A stretch of DNA of 64,000 nucleotides, taken from the NCBI GenBank assembly GCA_964016885.1, contig OZ024756.1:9920001-9984000 (forward strand), written 5' to 3'. The notes beneath the pieces were generated by a model. The model was not told where the DNA came from. It ran no database searches and saw only the letters and a program-made list of their open reading frames with translations. Source of the stretch: Eledone cirrhosa. Its lineage: Eukaryota. Within the stretch, counting starts at the first letter, position 1. Every line of letters starts with the position of its first letter. Both the position numbers and the translations under genes were made by a program. Shown in pieces: positions 12,320 through 26,883 of the stretch.

Positions 12320-15098
12320 CTTTTAACATTTACATTACTCTATATATACTATTCTATTTTCACAGTAAAGTCTTTACCTCACATAATATCTCACATACTA
12401 TTTACATTACTCCATATATATACTATTGTATTTTCACAGTAAAGGCTTTACCTCACATAATATCTCGCATAACATTTACATTTCTCTATATATACTATTG
12501 TATTTTCACAGTAAAGGCTTTACCTTACATAATATCTCACATAACATTTACATTTCTCTATATATACTATTGTATTTTCACAGTAAAGGCTTTACCTCAC
12601 ATAACATCTCACATAACATTTACATTACTCTATATATACTATTGTATTTTCACGGTAAAGTCTTTACCTTACATAATATCTCACATAACATTTACATTAC
12701 TCTATATATACTATTGTATTTTCACAGTAAAGGCTTTGCCTCACATAATATCTCACATAACATTTACATTACTCTATATATACTATTGTATTTTCACAGT
12801 AAAGGCTTTACCTTACATAATATCTCACATACTATTTACATTACTCTATATATACTATTGTATTTTCACAGTAAAGGTTTTACCTCACATAATATCTCAC
12901 ATAACATTTACATTTCTCTATATATACTATTGTATTTTCACAGTAAAGTCTTTACCTTACATAATATCTCACATAACATTTACATTACTCTATATATACT
13001 ATTGTATTTTCACGGTAAAGTCTTTACCTCACATAATATCTCACATAACATTTACATTACTCTATATATACTATTGTATTTTCACAGTAAAGGCTTTACC
13101 TCACATAATATCTCACATAACATTTACATTACTCCATATATATACTATTGTATTTTCACAGTAAAGGCTTTACCTTACATAATATCTCACATAACATTTA
13201 CATTACTCTATATATACTATTGTATTTTCTCAGTAAAGACTTTACCTCACATAATATCTCACATAACATTTACATTACTCTATATATACTATTGTATTTT
13301 CACAGTAAAGGCTTTACCTTACATAATATCTCACATAACATTTACATTACTCTATATATACTATTGTATTTTCACGGTAAAGTCTTTACCTTACATAATA
13401 TCTCACATAACATTTACATTACTCTATATATACTATTGTATTTTCACAGTAAAGGCTTTGCCTCACATAATATCTCACATAACATTTACATTACTCTATA
13501 TATACTATTGTATTTTCACAGTAAAGGCTTTACCTTACATAATATCTCACATAACATTTACATTACTCTATATATACTATTGTATTTTCACAGTAAAGTC
13601 TTTACCTTACATAATATCTCACATAACATTTACATTACTCTATATATACTATTGTATTTTCACAGTAAAGGTTTTACCTCACATAATATCTCACATACTA
13701 TTTACATTACTCTATATATACTATTGTATTTTCACAGTAAAGGCTTTACCTCACATAATATCTCACATAACATTTACATTACTCTATATATACTATTGTA
13801 TTTTCACAGTAAAAGCTTTACCTCACATAATATCTCACATACTATTTACATTACTCTATATATACTATTGTATTTTCACAGTAAAGGTTTTACCTCACAT
13901 AATATCTCACATAACATTTACATTACTCTATATATACTATTGTATTTCCACAGTAAAGGCTTTACCTCACATAATATCTCACATAACATTTACATTTCTC
14001 TATATATACTATTGTATTTTCACAGAAAAGGCTGTACTTCACATAATATCTCACATAACATTTACATTACTCTATATATACTATTGTATTTTCACAGTAA
14101 AGGCTTTACCTCACATATCTCACATAACATTTACATTACTCTATATATACTATTGTATTTTCACAGTAAAGTCTTTACCTTACATAATATCTCACATAAC
14201 ATTTACATTACTCTATATATACTATTGTATTTTCACAGTAAAGGCTTTGCCTCATATAATATCTCACATAACATTTACATTACTCTATATATACTATTGT
14301 ATTTTCACAGTAAAGTCTTTACCTCACATAATATCTCACATAACGTTTACATTACTCTATATATACTATTGTATTTTCACAGTAAAGGCTTTGCCTCACA
14401 TAATATCTCACATAACATTTACATTACTCTATATATACTATTGTATTTTCACAGTAAAGGCTTTACCTTACATAATATCTCACATACTATTTACATTACT
14501 CTATATATACTATTGTATTTTCACAGTAAAGGCTTTACCTCACATAATATCCCACATACTATTTACATTACTCTATATATACTATTGTATTTTCACAGTA
14601 AAGGCTTTACCTCACATAACATTTACATTACTCTATATATACTATTGTATTTTCACAGTAAAGGCTTTACCTCACATAATATCTCACATAACATTTACAT
14701 TTCTCTATATATACTATTGTATTTTCACAGTAAAGGCTTTTACCTCACATAATATCTCACATAACATTTACATTACTCTATATGTACTATTGTATTTTCA
14801 CAGTAAAGGCTTTTACCTCACATAATATCTCACATAACATTTACATTACTCTATATATACTATTGTATTTACACAGAAAAGGCTGTACCTCACATAATAT
14901 CTCACATAACATTTACATTACTCTATATGTACTATTGTATTTTCACAGTAAAGACTTTATTTCACATAACATTGAAACTATGAGATTTTGATATTTATTT
15001 TGAGAACAATACCTTAAGTATGAGAAGCTGGTTATGGCCGGTTTGAACAGATAGATGTGTGAGAATTCTAACCAGATACGACCGTTTTAAATGTTAAA
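12320..15098. mobile_element. TTAA-type MITE with an internally amplified 72-bp array
   Basis: Starts ttaa|ccttttaacatttacattactc. After the array the sequence continues as the MITE body to tttaaatgttaaa, matching the reverse complement of 58324-58543. Confidence 0.75.
12325..14970. repeat. 72-bp minisatellite, about 36-37 copies
   Basis: Unit aacatttacattactctatatatactattgtattttcacagtaaaggctttacctcacataatatctcacat; 24-aa periodicity in the ORF track. Confidence 0.97.
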
Positions 15099-16249
15099 TA
15101 AAGCATTTTAAAAAAAATTGCTACAAGTCCCTTAAATTTACCCCAAGATAAAAGAAAATCTTCGGATACTTAGCACCTGGGCCACGTTGGGTAACTCTAC
15201 TAGTATGTAATAAATGGCATTCCAGAAAAATACTCTTTTAGGATAGAAACGATTGTACTTGTAGATTGGTAGGGTAAGTGTACTGTGGAGAAATAGATAC
15301 AACTTTCTGTTAAATATATTTTATAAATGGTTCTTTCAGAAGAGGACTTATATGATTGCAAAAGGAGTATGCTAGAGTTGTTGTTTCTGAATTCTAACAA
15401 TATATTTGTTCATACCCCCCCCCCCACACACACACACACACACCCACACACACAAAAAAAAAACACACAACATAAATAAATAATAAAAAAAAGGCCAGAT
15501 CTGAAACAATTTTTTACTTCTTCAGGAGAAGAAAAAATGAAAGACAACAAAAAACAAAGATGTGGTGGTGATGGCGGGGGTGGGGGTGTTAAAAGTCTAC
15601 ATTCTGGTTGTGAAGAGAAATGGGAAATCTCTTTGATGCAGATTTGATTGTGTTAGTCATATGTGATTCCACAGTAAAGGTCACCAAAGAGAGACACTTG
15701 TGACGTGTTAGTCATTTCATATTAATCATGACATCTAGATGGAATAAGATTCCTCAGATGAACTGTTATGTGAAAAAAGGGGAAGGCAAAGAAAGCCCCC
15801 CCAAAAAGAAGAGTATGTGAGAAAGAAAACTGCAGAAGATAGGTGGGGTGGGTAGAGAGAAGAGGGGGGGGGGGGGGGTGCAGGAGAAGAGAAGTAGGAT
15901 TTAGTCTGAGTATGTCTTATCATTGCTCAAATAGGTTATTAAGACCGACTCCTTTGTATATGTTTGTTGACAGGAGATTGCAGCTAATAGGGAGTTGAAC
16001 TTAATGTAGGATAGATACTTTTTTTTTTAGGGGGGGGGGGGGGGAGAATTAGTTTTGAAATTTCAAAATATGAAGGATTACAAAGGCTTTTTTAAATTTT
16101 TATATTTTTGGTGAACTAGCTGGTGAATACAAAACAATAATAATAGTGAAATACTGATGGAGGTGGGGGGGGGGGGGGGGGGGGGAGACACACCATATAG
16201 TCCAACTCTTAGTTGATATAGTCACTCTTAGATGACATAGTCCTTCTTA

Positions 16250-19200
16250 AGATGATATTGTCCTTAGGTGATATAGTCCGTAGATGATATAGTCTTTAGG
16301 TGATATAGTCCTTAGGTGATATAGTCCTTAGGTGGTATAGTCCTGAGGTGATATAGTCCTGAGGTGATATAGTCCTTAGGTGATATAGTCCTTAGGTGAT
16401 ATAGTCCTTAGGTGATATAGTCCTGAGATGATGTAGTCCTTAGATGATATAGTCCTTAGGTGATATAGTCCGTAGATGATATAGTCCTTAGGTGATATAG
16501 TCCGTAGATGATATAGTCCTTAGGTGATATAGTCCTTAGGTGATATAGTCCTGAGATGATATAGTCCTTCGGTGATATAGTCCTTAGGTGATATAGTCCT
16601 GAGATGATATAGTCCTTCGGTGATATAGTCCGTAGATGATATAGTCTTTAGGTGATATAGTCCTTAGGTGATATAGTCCTTAGATGATATAGTCCTGAGA
16701 TGATATAGTCCTTAGGTGATATAGTCCTTAGGTGATATAGTCCTGAGATGATATAGTCCTTAGGTGATATAGTCCTGAGGTGATATAGTCCTGAGATGAT
16801 ATAGTCCTTAGGTGATATAGTCCTTAGGTGATATAGTCCTTAGGTGATATAGTCCGTAGATGATATAGTCCTTAGGTGATATAGTCCGTAGATGATATAG
16901 TCCTTAGATGATATAGTCTTTAGGTGATATAGTCTTTAGGTGATATAGTCCTTAGGTGATATAGTCATTAGGTGATATAGTCCTTAGATGATATAGTCTT
17001 TAGGTGATATAGTCCTGAGATGATATAGTCCTTCGGTGATATAGTCCTTAGGTGATATAGTCCTTAGGTGATATAGTCCTGAGATGATATAGTCCTTAGG
17101 TGATATAGTCCTTAGATGATATAGTCCTTATGTGATATAGTCCTTAGGTGATATAGTCCTTAGGTGATATAGTCCTGAGATGATATAGTCCTTAGGTGAT
17201 ATAGTCCTTAGATGATATAGTCCTTAGATGATATAGTCCTTAGGTGATATAGCCCTTAGGTGATATAGTCCTGAGATGATATAGCCCTTAGGTGATATAG
17301 TCCTTAGATGATATAGTCCTTAGGTGATATAGTCCTTAGGTGATATAGTCCTTAGGTGATATAGTCCTGAGGTGATATAGTCCTTAGGTGATATAGTCCT
17401 GAGATGATATAGCCCTTAGGTGATATAGTCCTTAGATGATATAGTCCTTAGATGATATAGTCTTTAGGTGATATAGTCCTTAGGTGATATAGTCATTAGG
17501 TGATATAGTCCTTAGATGATATAGTCCTTAGATGATATAGTCCTGAGATGATATAGTCCTTAGGTGATATAGTCCTGAGATGATATAGTCCTTAGGTGAT
17601 ATAGTCCTTAGGTGATATAGTCCTTAGGTGATATAGTCCTTAGGTGATATAGTCCTTAGATGATATAGCCCTTAGGTGATATAGTCCTTAGATGATATAG
17701 TCCTTAGGTGATATAGTCCTGAGGTGATATAGTCCCGAGATGATATAGTCCTTAGGTGATATAGTCCTTAGGTGATATAGTCCTTAGATGATATAGTCCT
17801 TCGGTGATATAGTCCTTAGATGATATAGTCCTTAGATGATATAGTCCTTAGATGATATAGTCCTTAGGTGATATAGCCCTTAGGTGATATAGTCCTGAGA
17901 TGATATAGCCCTTAGGTGATATAGTCCTTAGATGATATAGTCCTTAGATGATATAGTCCTTCGGTGATATAGTCCTTAGATGATATAGTCCTTAGATGAT
18001 ATAGTCCTTAGGTGATATAGTCCTTAGGTGATATAGTCCTTAGGTGATATAGTCCTTAGATGATATAGTCCTTAGGTGATATAGTCCTTAGGTGATATAG
18101 TCCTTAGGTGATATAGTCCTTAGGTGATATAGTCCTTAGATGATATAGTCCTGAGATGATATAGTCCTTAGGTGATATAGTCCTTAGGTGATATAGTCCT
18201 TAGATGATATAGTCCTTAGGTGATATAGTCCTTAGATGATATAGTCCTGAGATGATATAGTCCTTAGGTGATATAGTCCTTAGGTGATATAGTCCTGAGA
18301 TGATATAGTCCTTAGATGATATAGTCCTTAGGTGATATAGTCCTTAGATGATATAGTCCTGAGATGATATAGTCCTTAGGTGATATAGTCCTGAGTTGAT
18401 ATAGTCCTTAGGTGATATAGTCCTTAGATGATATAGTCCTTAGGTGATATAGTCCTGAGTTGATATAGTCCTTAGGTGATATAGTGCTTAGGTGATATAG
18501 TCCTTAGGTGATATAGTCCTTAGATGATATAGTCCTGAGATGATATAGTCCTTAGGTGATATAGTCCTTAGGTGATATAGTCCTGAGTTGATATAGTCCT
18601 TAGATGATATAGTCCTTAGGTGATATAGTCCTTAGGTGATATAGTCCTGAGATGATATAGTCCTTAGGTGATATAGTCCTTAGATGATATAGTCCTTAGG
18701 TGATATAGTCCTTAGGTGATATAGTCCTGAGTTGATATAGTCCTTAGGTGATATAGTCCTTAGATGATATAGTCCTGAGATGATATAGTCCTTAGGTGAT
18801 ATAGTCCTGAGATGATATAGTCCTTAGATGATATAGTCCTTAGGTGATATAGTCCTGAGATGATATAGTCCTTAGATGATATAGTCCTGAGATGATATAG
18901 TCCTTAGGTGATATAGTCCTGAGATGATATAGTCCTGAGATGATATAGTCCTTAGATGATATAGTCCTGAGATGATATAGTCCTTAGGTGATATAGTCCT
19001 TAGATGATATAGTCCTTAGGTGATATAGTCCTTAGGTGATATAGTCCTGAGTTGATATAGTCCTTAGGTGATATAGTCCTTAGATGATATAGTCCTGAGA
19101 TGATATAGTCCTGAGTTGATATAGTCCTTAGATGATATAGTCCTGAGATGATATAGTCCTTAGGTGATATAGTCCTTAGGTGATATAGTCCTTAGGTGAT

Positions 19201-20766
19201 ATAGTCCTTAGATGATATAGTCCTTAGGTGATATAGTCCTTAGGTGATATAGTCCTTAGGTGATATAGTCCTTAGGTGATATAGTCCTGAGATGATATAG
19301 TCCTGAGATGATATAGTCCTTAGGTGATATAGTCCTGAGATGATATAGTCCTTAGGTGATATAGTCCTGAGATGATATAGTCCTGAGATGATATAGTCCT
19401 TAGGTGATATAGTCCTGAGGTGATATAGTCCTTAGGTGATATAGTCCTGAGATGATATAGTCCTTATGTGATATAGTCCTTAGGTGATATAGTCCTTAGG
19501 TGATATAGTCCTTAGGTGATATAGTCCTTAGATGATATAGTCCTGAGATGATATAGTCCTGAGATGATATAGTCCTGAGATGATATAGTCCTTAGGTGAT
19601 ATAGTCCTTAGGTGATATAGTCCTTAGGTGATATAGTCCTTAGGTGATATAGTCCTGAGATGATATAGTCCTGAGATGATATAGTCCTTAGGTGATATAG
19701 TCCTGAGGTGATATAGTCCTTAGGTGATATAGTCCTGAGATGATATAGTCCTTATGTGATATAGTCCTTAGGTGATATAGTCCTTAGGTGATATAGTCCT
19801 TAGGTGATATAGTCCTTAGGTGATATAGTCCTTAGATGATATAGTCCTGAGATGATATAGTCCTGAGATGATATAGTCCTGAGATGATATAGTCCTGAGA
19901 TGATATAGTCCTTAGGTGATATAGTCCTTAGGTGATATAGTCCTTAGGTGATATAGTCCTTAGATGATATAGTCCTTAGGTGATATAGTCCTTAGATGAT
20001 ATAGTCCTGAGATGATATAGTCCTTAGGTGATATAGTCCTTAGGTGATATAGTCCTTAGGTGATATAGTCCTGAGGTGATATAGTCCTGAGATGATATAG
20101 TCCTTAGGTGATATAGTCCTTAGGTGATATAGTCCTTAGGTGATATAGTCCTGAGATGATATAGTCCTGAGATGATATAGTCCTTAGATGATATTGTCCT
20201 TAGATGATATAGTCCTGAGATGATATAGTCCTTAGGTGATATAGTCCTGAGATGATATAGTCCTGAGATGATATAGTCCTTAGGTGATATAGTCCTTAGG
20301 TGATATAGTCCTTAGGTGATATAGTCCTGAGATGATATAGTCCTTAGATGATATAGTCCTGAGATGATATAGTCCTTAGGTGATATAGTCCTTAGGTGAT
20401 ATAGTCCTGAGATGATATAGTCCTGAGATGATATAGTCCTGAGATGATATAGTCCTGAGGTGATATAGTCCATAGGTGATATAGTCCTTAGGTGATATAG
20501 TCCTGAGATGATATAGTCCTTATGTGATATAGTCCTTAGGTGATATAGTCCTTAGGTGATATAGTCCTTAGGTGATATAGTCCTTAGGTGATATAGTCCT
20601 TAGGTGATATAGTCCTTAGATGATATAGTCCTTAGGTGATATAGTCCTTAGGTGATATAGTCCTTAGATGATATAGTCCTGAGGTGATATAGTCCTTAGG
20701 TGATATAGTCCTTAGATGATATAGTCCTTAGGTGATATAGTCCTTAGGTGATATAGTCCTGAGATG
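16250..20766. repeat. 16-bp satellite array, about 280 copies
   Basis: Unit tgatatagtcc plus ttagg, ttaga or tgaga variants. Confidence 0.98.
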
Positions 20767-20831
20767 AGACAACGAACATTGGTAATCTGGTTGAGACGTA
20801 GAAAGTTGGAAGATAGAAGTTGGTCGTCAAA

Positions 20832-21030
20832 TCTTCTTCTTCACCCACTTATTCCTGAGAGTTGGGGCAGAATCCTCAAACACACTTTCCAGTGGATTCT
20901 GTCAGAAGCAACTGTCTCCAACTGATTCGGCGAGACCAGCCAACCTCATGGAGATTAACCAATCATCTTGCTCACCGTCTACCCTTGGGACTCCTGCCTG
21001 TTGGTTTTGCCTGTATAATCTGTCCAGCAA
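20832..21030 (-). mobile_element. Degenerate LINE 3' end with (GAA)n tail (RTE-like)
   Basis: Minus strand encodes an AKPTGRSPKGRR-like motif and ends in gaagaagaaga. Confidence 0.4.
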
Positions 21031-21559
21031 TTCCTGGGGGGGGGGGACCAACCTGCAAGAGACCCAGGGCAGTCAAATCTATCTCTTAAATTCTAGAAGC
21101 ATGGGAGAAGGTAATCAAAACTAAGGTCTTAAACTCTAAAAGACTTTAAATTGCTAAAACTGGCAGAGGAGATGGCGAAGGACTGTGACAAATGGAGACA
21201 TGCTGTGCTGAGAAGGACCCATCTAACCCATGCAAGCATGGAAAGGTGTACATAAAATGCAAATGCTAAAGAGGGGTTAAGGAAAAAAATCACTGGACAC
21301 ATTTTATGAGCAATTCAACTGGCAGAAGACCCTGGGCTGACCCTGAGCACAATGGTTGGATAATATCCATGAGTTCGGTTGACCTTTTCGGAGGATCCAG
21401 CTGGCTCAGTTGGTGACAGTTGCTTCTGATAGGTCATTTTGAAAGGTTTATCTCAGGACTCTTCCCCCATGACCTTCCCAGGAATAAGCAGACAAAGAAG
21501 AAAAGAAGGTTCTAATTATAAGGTTAAATATATTTAAAATGAGGGCAGTTTCAGGTATT

Positions 21560-21962
21560 TCCACGTGTATAGAACTCCCACATGTACATCGAACTTCTAC
21601 ATGTACATAGAACTTCCACATGTACATGGAACTCCCACATGTACATGGAACTTCCACATGTACATGGAACTTCCACATGTACATGGAACTTCCACATGTA
21701 CATGGAACTTCCACATGTACATGGAACTTCCACATGTACATGGAACTTCCACATGTACATGGAACTTCCACATGTACATAGAACTCCCACATGTAAATAG
21801 AACTTCCACATGTACATAGAACTTCCACATGTGTATAGAACTCCCACATGTACATGGAACTTCCACATGTACATGGAACTTCCACATGTACATAATATCC
21901 CCACATGTACATACTGCCACATGTACATAATATCCCCACATGTACATATTTCCACATGTACA
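21560..21962. repeat. 19-bp minisatellite, about 21 copies
   Basis: Unit cacatgtacatggaacttc. Confidence 0.95.
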
Positions 21963-22099
21963 TAGTACAAGGCTTGTATCTAGATTGATATTACCAACAC
22001 TTACAATATGCATGTATGATTAGTGGGTGAAGAACAAGCCAAGTAATCCCAGTTGAAGGCAGCTGCAGTGTAGGAAGATCAAGGAAGATCTGAATGGAA

Positions 22100-22410
22100 G
22101 TGGGGAGAGCTGATCTCAGATCACTGAAACTCACGGAGTGGAGTGGTGAGAGCTGATCTCAGATCACTGAAACTCGCGGAGTGAAGTGGTGAGAGCTGAT
22201 CTCAGATCACTGAAACTCGCGGAGTGAAGTGGTGAGAGCTGATCTCAGATCACTGAAACTCGCGGAGTGAAGTGGTGAGAGCTGATCTCAGATCACTGAA
22301 ACTCGCGGAGTGAAGTGGGGAGAGCTGATCTCAGATCACTGAAACTCGCGGAGTGAAGTGGTGAGAGCTGATCTCAGATCACTGAAACTCACGGAGTGAA
22401 GTGGTGAGAA
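22100..22410 (+). repeat. 43-bp minisatellite (about 7 copies) inside an old RTE 3' end
   Basis: Unit gtggtgagagctgatctcagatcactgaaactcgcggagtgaa resembles RTE gtggtgagaacagacctcagatcgctgaagctcac; RTE-like flanks at 22015-22100 and 22465-22540. Confidence 0.85.
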
Positions 22411-22585
22411 GCTCTCAGGAGAGTTGTTGGACTGCAGAATGTTTTTGACAAAGGAACGCAACAGGTGGAGAGATTCTGTACTGAGTTGGACCTATCCAAC
22501 CCAGTGTGGAACAACAGACATACAATGATGATGATGGACACATCTGGAAATAAGTCACCAGAGGTTAATCGGGGGTTCGAACTGT

Positions 22586-24034
22586 TCAAAACTGTATATA
22601 CTCCAATATAAGTCAAGGAATATGTGACCAAAACTGTATATATGACAATATAAGTCAAGGAATATGTGACCAAAACTGTATATATGACAATATAAGTCAA
22701 GGAATATGTGACTAAAACTGTATATATGACAATATAAGTCAAGGAATATGTGACCAAAACTGTATATATGACAATATAAGTCAAGGAACATGTGACCAAA
22801 ACTTTATATATGACAATATAAGCCAAGGAACATGTGACCAAAACTATATATATGACAATGTAAGTCAAGGAATATGTGACCAAAACTGTATATATGACAA
22901 TATAAGTCGAGGAACATGTGACCAAAACTGTATATATGACAATATAAGTCAAGGAACATGTGACCAAAACTGTATATATGATAATATAAGTCAAGGAACA
23001 TGTGACCAAAACTATATATGATAATATAAGTCAAGGAACATGTGACCAAAACTGTATATATGACAATATAAGTCAAGGAATATGTGACCAAAACTGTATA
23101 TATGACAATATAAGCCAAGGAATGTGTGACCAAAATTGTATATATGACAATATAAGTCAAGGAATATGTGACCCAAACTGTATATATGACAATATAAGTC
23201 GAGGAATATGTGACCAAAACTTTATATATGACAATATAAGTCAAGGAATATGTGACCAAAACTGTATATATGACAATATTAGCGAAGGAATATGTGACCA
23301 AAACTGTATATATGACAATATTAGCAAAGGAATATGTGACCAAAACTGTATATATGACAATATAAGTCAAGGAATATGTGACCAAAACTGTATATATGAC
23401 AATATAAGCCAAGGAATATGTGACCAAAACTGTATATATGACAATATAAGTCAAGGAACATGTGACCAAAACTGTATATATGACAATATAAGTCAAGGAA
23501 TATGTGACCAAAACTGTATATATGACAATATAAGCCAAGGAATATGTGACCAAAACTGTATATATGACAATATAAGCCAAGGAATATGTGACCAAAACTG
23601 TATATATGACAATATAAGTCAAGGAATATGTGACCAAAACTGTATATATGACAATATAAGTCAAGGAATATGTGACCAAAACTGTATATATAACAATATA
23701 AGCCAAGGAATATGTGACCCAAACTGTATATATGACAATATAAGTCAAGGAATATGTGACCAAAACTGTATATATGACAATATTAGCGAAGGAATATGTG
23801 ACCAAAACTGTATATATGAAAATATTAGCGAAGGAATATGTGACCAAAACTGTGTATATGACAATATAAGCCAAAGAACATGTGACCAAAACTTTATATA
23901 TGACAATATAAGTCGAGGAATATGTGACCAAAACTGTTTATATGACAATATAAGTCAAGGTACATGTGACCAAAACTTTATATATGACAATATAAGCCAA
24001 GGAATATGTCACCAAAACTGTATATATGAAAATA
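22586..24034. repeat. 42-bp minisatellite, about 34 copies, resuming at 26820-26883 after the RTE insertion
   Basis: Unit caaaactgtatatatgacaatataagtcaaggaatatgtgac. Confidence 0.97.
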
Positions 24035-26820
24035 AGACAATAGAGGTAGTTCGAGTTAATAATGAAATACTTAAGCTTAGATTAGTTGTAGGCAGGAGAC
24101 TACTGACAATCATCTCTGCCTATGCTCCCCAAGCAGGCAAAGAAGAGAAAGACTGCTTTTACGAGCAACTTTTACAAACAACCGCAATGACAGAGGACGG
24201 AGACATTGTTATGCTAGCAGGGGACTTCAATGGTCATGTTGGACAGCTATAGGATGGTTACACTGGGGTACATGGTGGGCATGGTTACGGCTCAAGAAAT
24301 GGAGTGAGATTTCTTGAATTTTGTGATGCAAGTACACTGACTATTTGCAACACTAACTGCCAGTAACCTGCCAACCACCTAATAACCTACAAATCAGGCG
24401 AGCACATAAGCCAGATTGACTTCTTACTAATTAGGCAGTGGGACAGGCAGATGGTGTCAAATACCAAGGCATACCCTGGGGATGAATGTGCTCCACAGCA
24501 TAGGTTAGTCGTTAGTGATATCTCAGTAAGCAAGAGATGGAATGAGACCTACAGGAAGGTGTGGAGAAGAAAGGCCTGGAAGCTAAAAGACCTTTCACTA
24601 AAATACAAATTTAGGAAAGCCCTTCAAGATGTGTATGACGAAAAAGAACACGATTTAGAGACGTATGACATAGATAATAACTGGAATTTCTTACGTGTCA
24701 ACTTAATGCAGGCTACTGATGAAACTTGTGGCTGGAGCAGAGCTCCAACCAGACAGAGAGTGACCTGGTGGTGGAACAGCACAGTAGATAAGGCCATTAG
24801 AGACAAAAGACTAGTATGGAAGGCTTGGAAAAAGGGTGGGAGTAGGGAAGAATATACAGCCACTAAGAGAGAAGCTAGACGTCAGGTGTACTTAGCACGC
24901 AGGGAGGCTGAGAGTAGGAGGTTTGCCAATGTTCTGCGATGGGAAGATCAGAGACGTGCGGTGTTCCACATTGCAAGGCAGTGTGTCAATGCAAATCAGG
25001 ATGTTGTTGGAGATAAATGTGTCCGGAATGATGCCGGTGTACTTAGTGTCACGAATGATCAGAAAAAGGAGGCCTAGAAATGTCATTAGGAGAGACTGAT
25101 GAATGTGGAGAATGAATGGGAGAGAGAGAAATTACCCTTGGTGGATCCGACAGAGGTACCAGCTATTGAGATTGATGAATATAGGGTCCAAGAGGCGATT
25201 AAGGAAATGAAAAATGGTAAGGCTGCTGGACCATCGGGGATAGTTGCTGAGATGCTGTAGGCACTAAACTGGCTGCACACATCATCAATCAGGCTATATA
25301 TAATGGTGTCATACCCAAAGACTGGTGCAGCAGTGTTCTCATAAATTGCTACAAAGGTAAAGGGAATGCTCTGGAGAGGAGCAATTATAGGGGTATAAAA
25401 CTGATAGATCAGGTTATGAAAGTGGCAGAAAGGATATTAGCACAATTAATTAGAGAAAGAGTCAAACTAGATGAGATGCAGTTTGGTTTTATGCCTGGGA
25501 AAAGTACAACAGATGCCCTCTTCTTGGTGAGACAATTACAAGAGAGGTTCTTAGAGAAGAATAAGCCACTATACTTAGCCTTTGTTAGGGCACCCCGATC
25601 AGTAAGCTGGTGGTCCCTAAGGAAACTAGGTGTTGAGGAATGGCTTGTGAGGACAGTGCAAACTTTGTACAGAGGTACTCTCAGTAAAGTCAGGGTAGGA
25701 ATGGAGTTTAGTGAGGAATTCCAGATACAAGTAGGAGTACATCAAGATTCGGTCGTCAGCCCGCTCTTGTTCATTATAGTCCTCCAAGCCATAACAGAGG
25801 AGCTTAAGACTGGCTGTCCATGGGAACTTCTCTATGCTGACGATCTGGCTCTTATAGCAGAATCAGTAGAGGAGCTAGAGAATAAATTCCGGCTATGGAA
25901 ACAGCAGTTGGAATCAAGAGGACTGAGAGTGAACCTAGCTAAGACAAAAGTGTTAATGAGTAGAAAAGAGGACAAAACTCTGATTCCATCAGGAAAACGG
26001 CCATGTTTGATATGCAGAAAAGGAACTGGCATAAATTCTATAAAATGCACACAATGCAGATCCACAAGAGATGTAGCGGGATAGCAGGCAAACTAACAGG
26101 TAGGGAGAAATACGTATGCAGTAGATGTACAGGGAAATTAGACAGTAGAAGTCGCATTGATAGACAGATTTTTTAAATGCAGGTGGGTGCTATAGAAGTG
26201 GTGGATAGCTTCCGGTACCTAGGAGATCAGATTATCATGGGACAAGGGTGTTCTGAGGCCATAGTATCTAGAATAAGAACGGGTTGGAAGAAGTTTAGGT
26301 AGCTGCTTCCTCTGCTGATGAAGAAGGGTTTCTCCCTGCGTAGGAAAAGCCGGTTATATGATGCCTGTGTGAGGAGCGCGATGCTGCATGGTAGTGAGAC
26401 ATGGGCAACCGCAGAGGATATGCGACGGCTGGAGAGAAATGAGGCAAGCATGCTCCGTTGGATGTGCAGTGTAAATGTGCGTGAACGACCCAGCATGAAT
26501 GTGTTGAGAGAGAAACTGTGTCTGAGAGGGATAGAATGTAGTGTACGGGAGAGGAGACTGAAGTGGTATGGACATGTGATGCGCATGGAGGATGACCGAT
26601 GGGTGAAGAAGTGCCAGGAAATGCCAGTTGAAGGAAGACGTGGTAGAGGTAGACCACGAAAAACATGGGCGGAGGTGGTGAGAACAGACCTCAGATCGCT
26701 GAAGCTCACAGTGGAGATGACGAAGGACTGAGATGAGTGGAGAGATGCTGTGCTGAATAAGACCCGTCCCACCCTTGCAAGCAGGGAAAAGCAGACGTAA
26801 AATGATGATGATGATGATGA
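24035..26820 (+). mobile_element. RTE LINE family A, 5'-truncated, disrupted APE endonuclease plus RT ORF
   Basis: IISAYAPQ, LAGDFNGHVG, QHRLVV (APE); QFGFMPGKSTTDA, LYADDLAL (RT); LHGSETW, WYGHVMR; (GAT)n tail; several stops and frameshifts. Confidence 0.96.
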
Positions 26821-26883
26821 TAAGCCAAGGAATATGTGACCAAAACTGTATATATGACAATATAAGCCACGGAATATGTGATC

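Noticed and set aside
12426-14825. 799-aa and other long ORFs in arrays (also 23002, 27768, 46833, 62714)
   Set aside because: Translations of stop-free tandem repeats; several of the units trace to TE sequence
16250-20766. Telomeric repeat (TTAGG)
   Set aside because: TTAGG is only one variant embedded in a 16-mer, not a tandem telomeric tract
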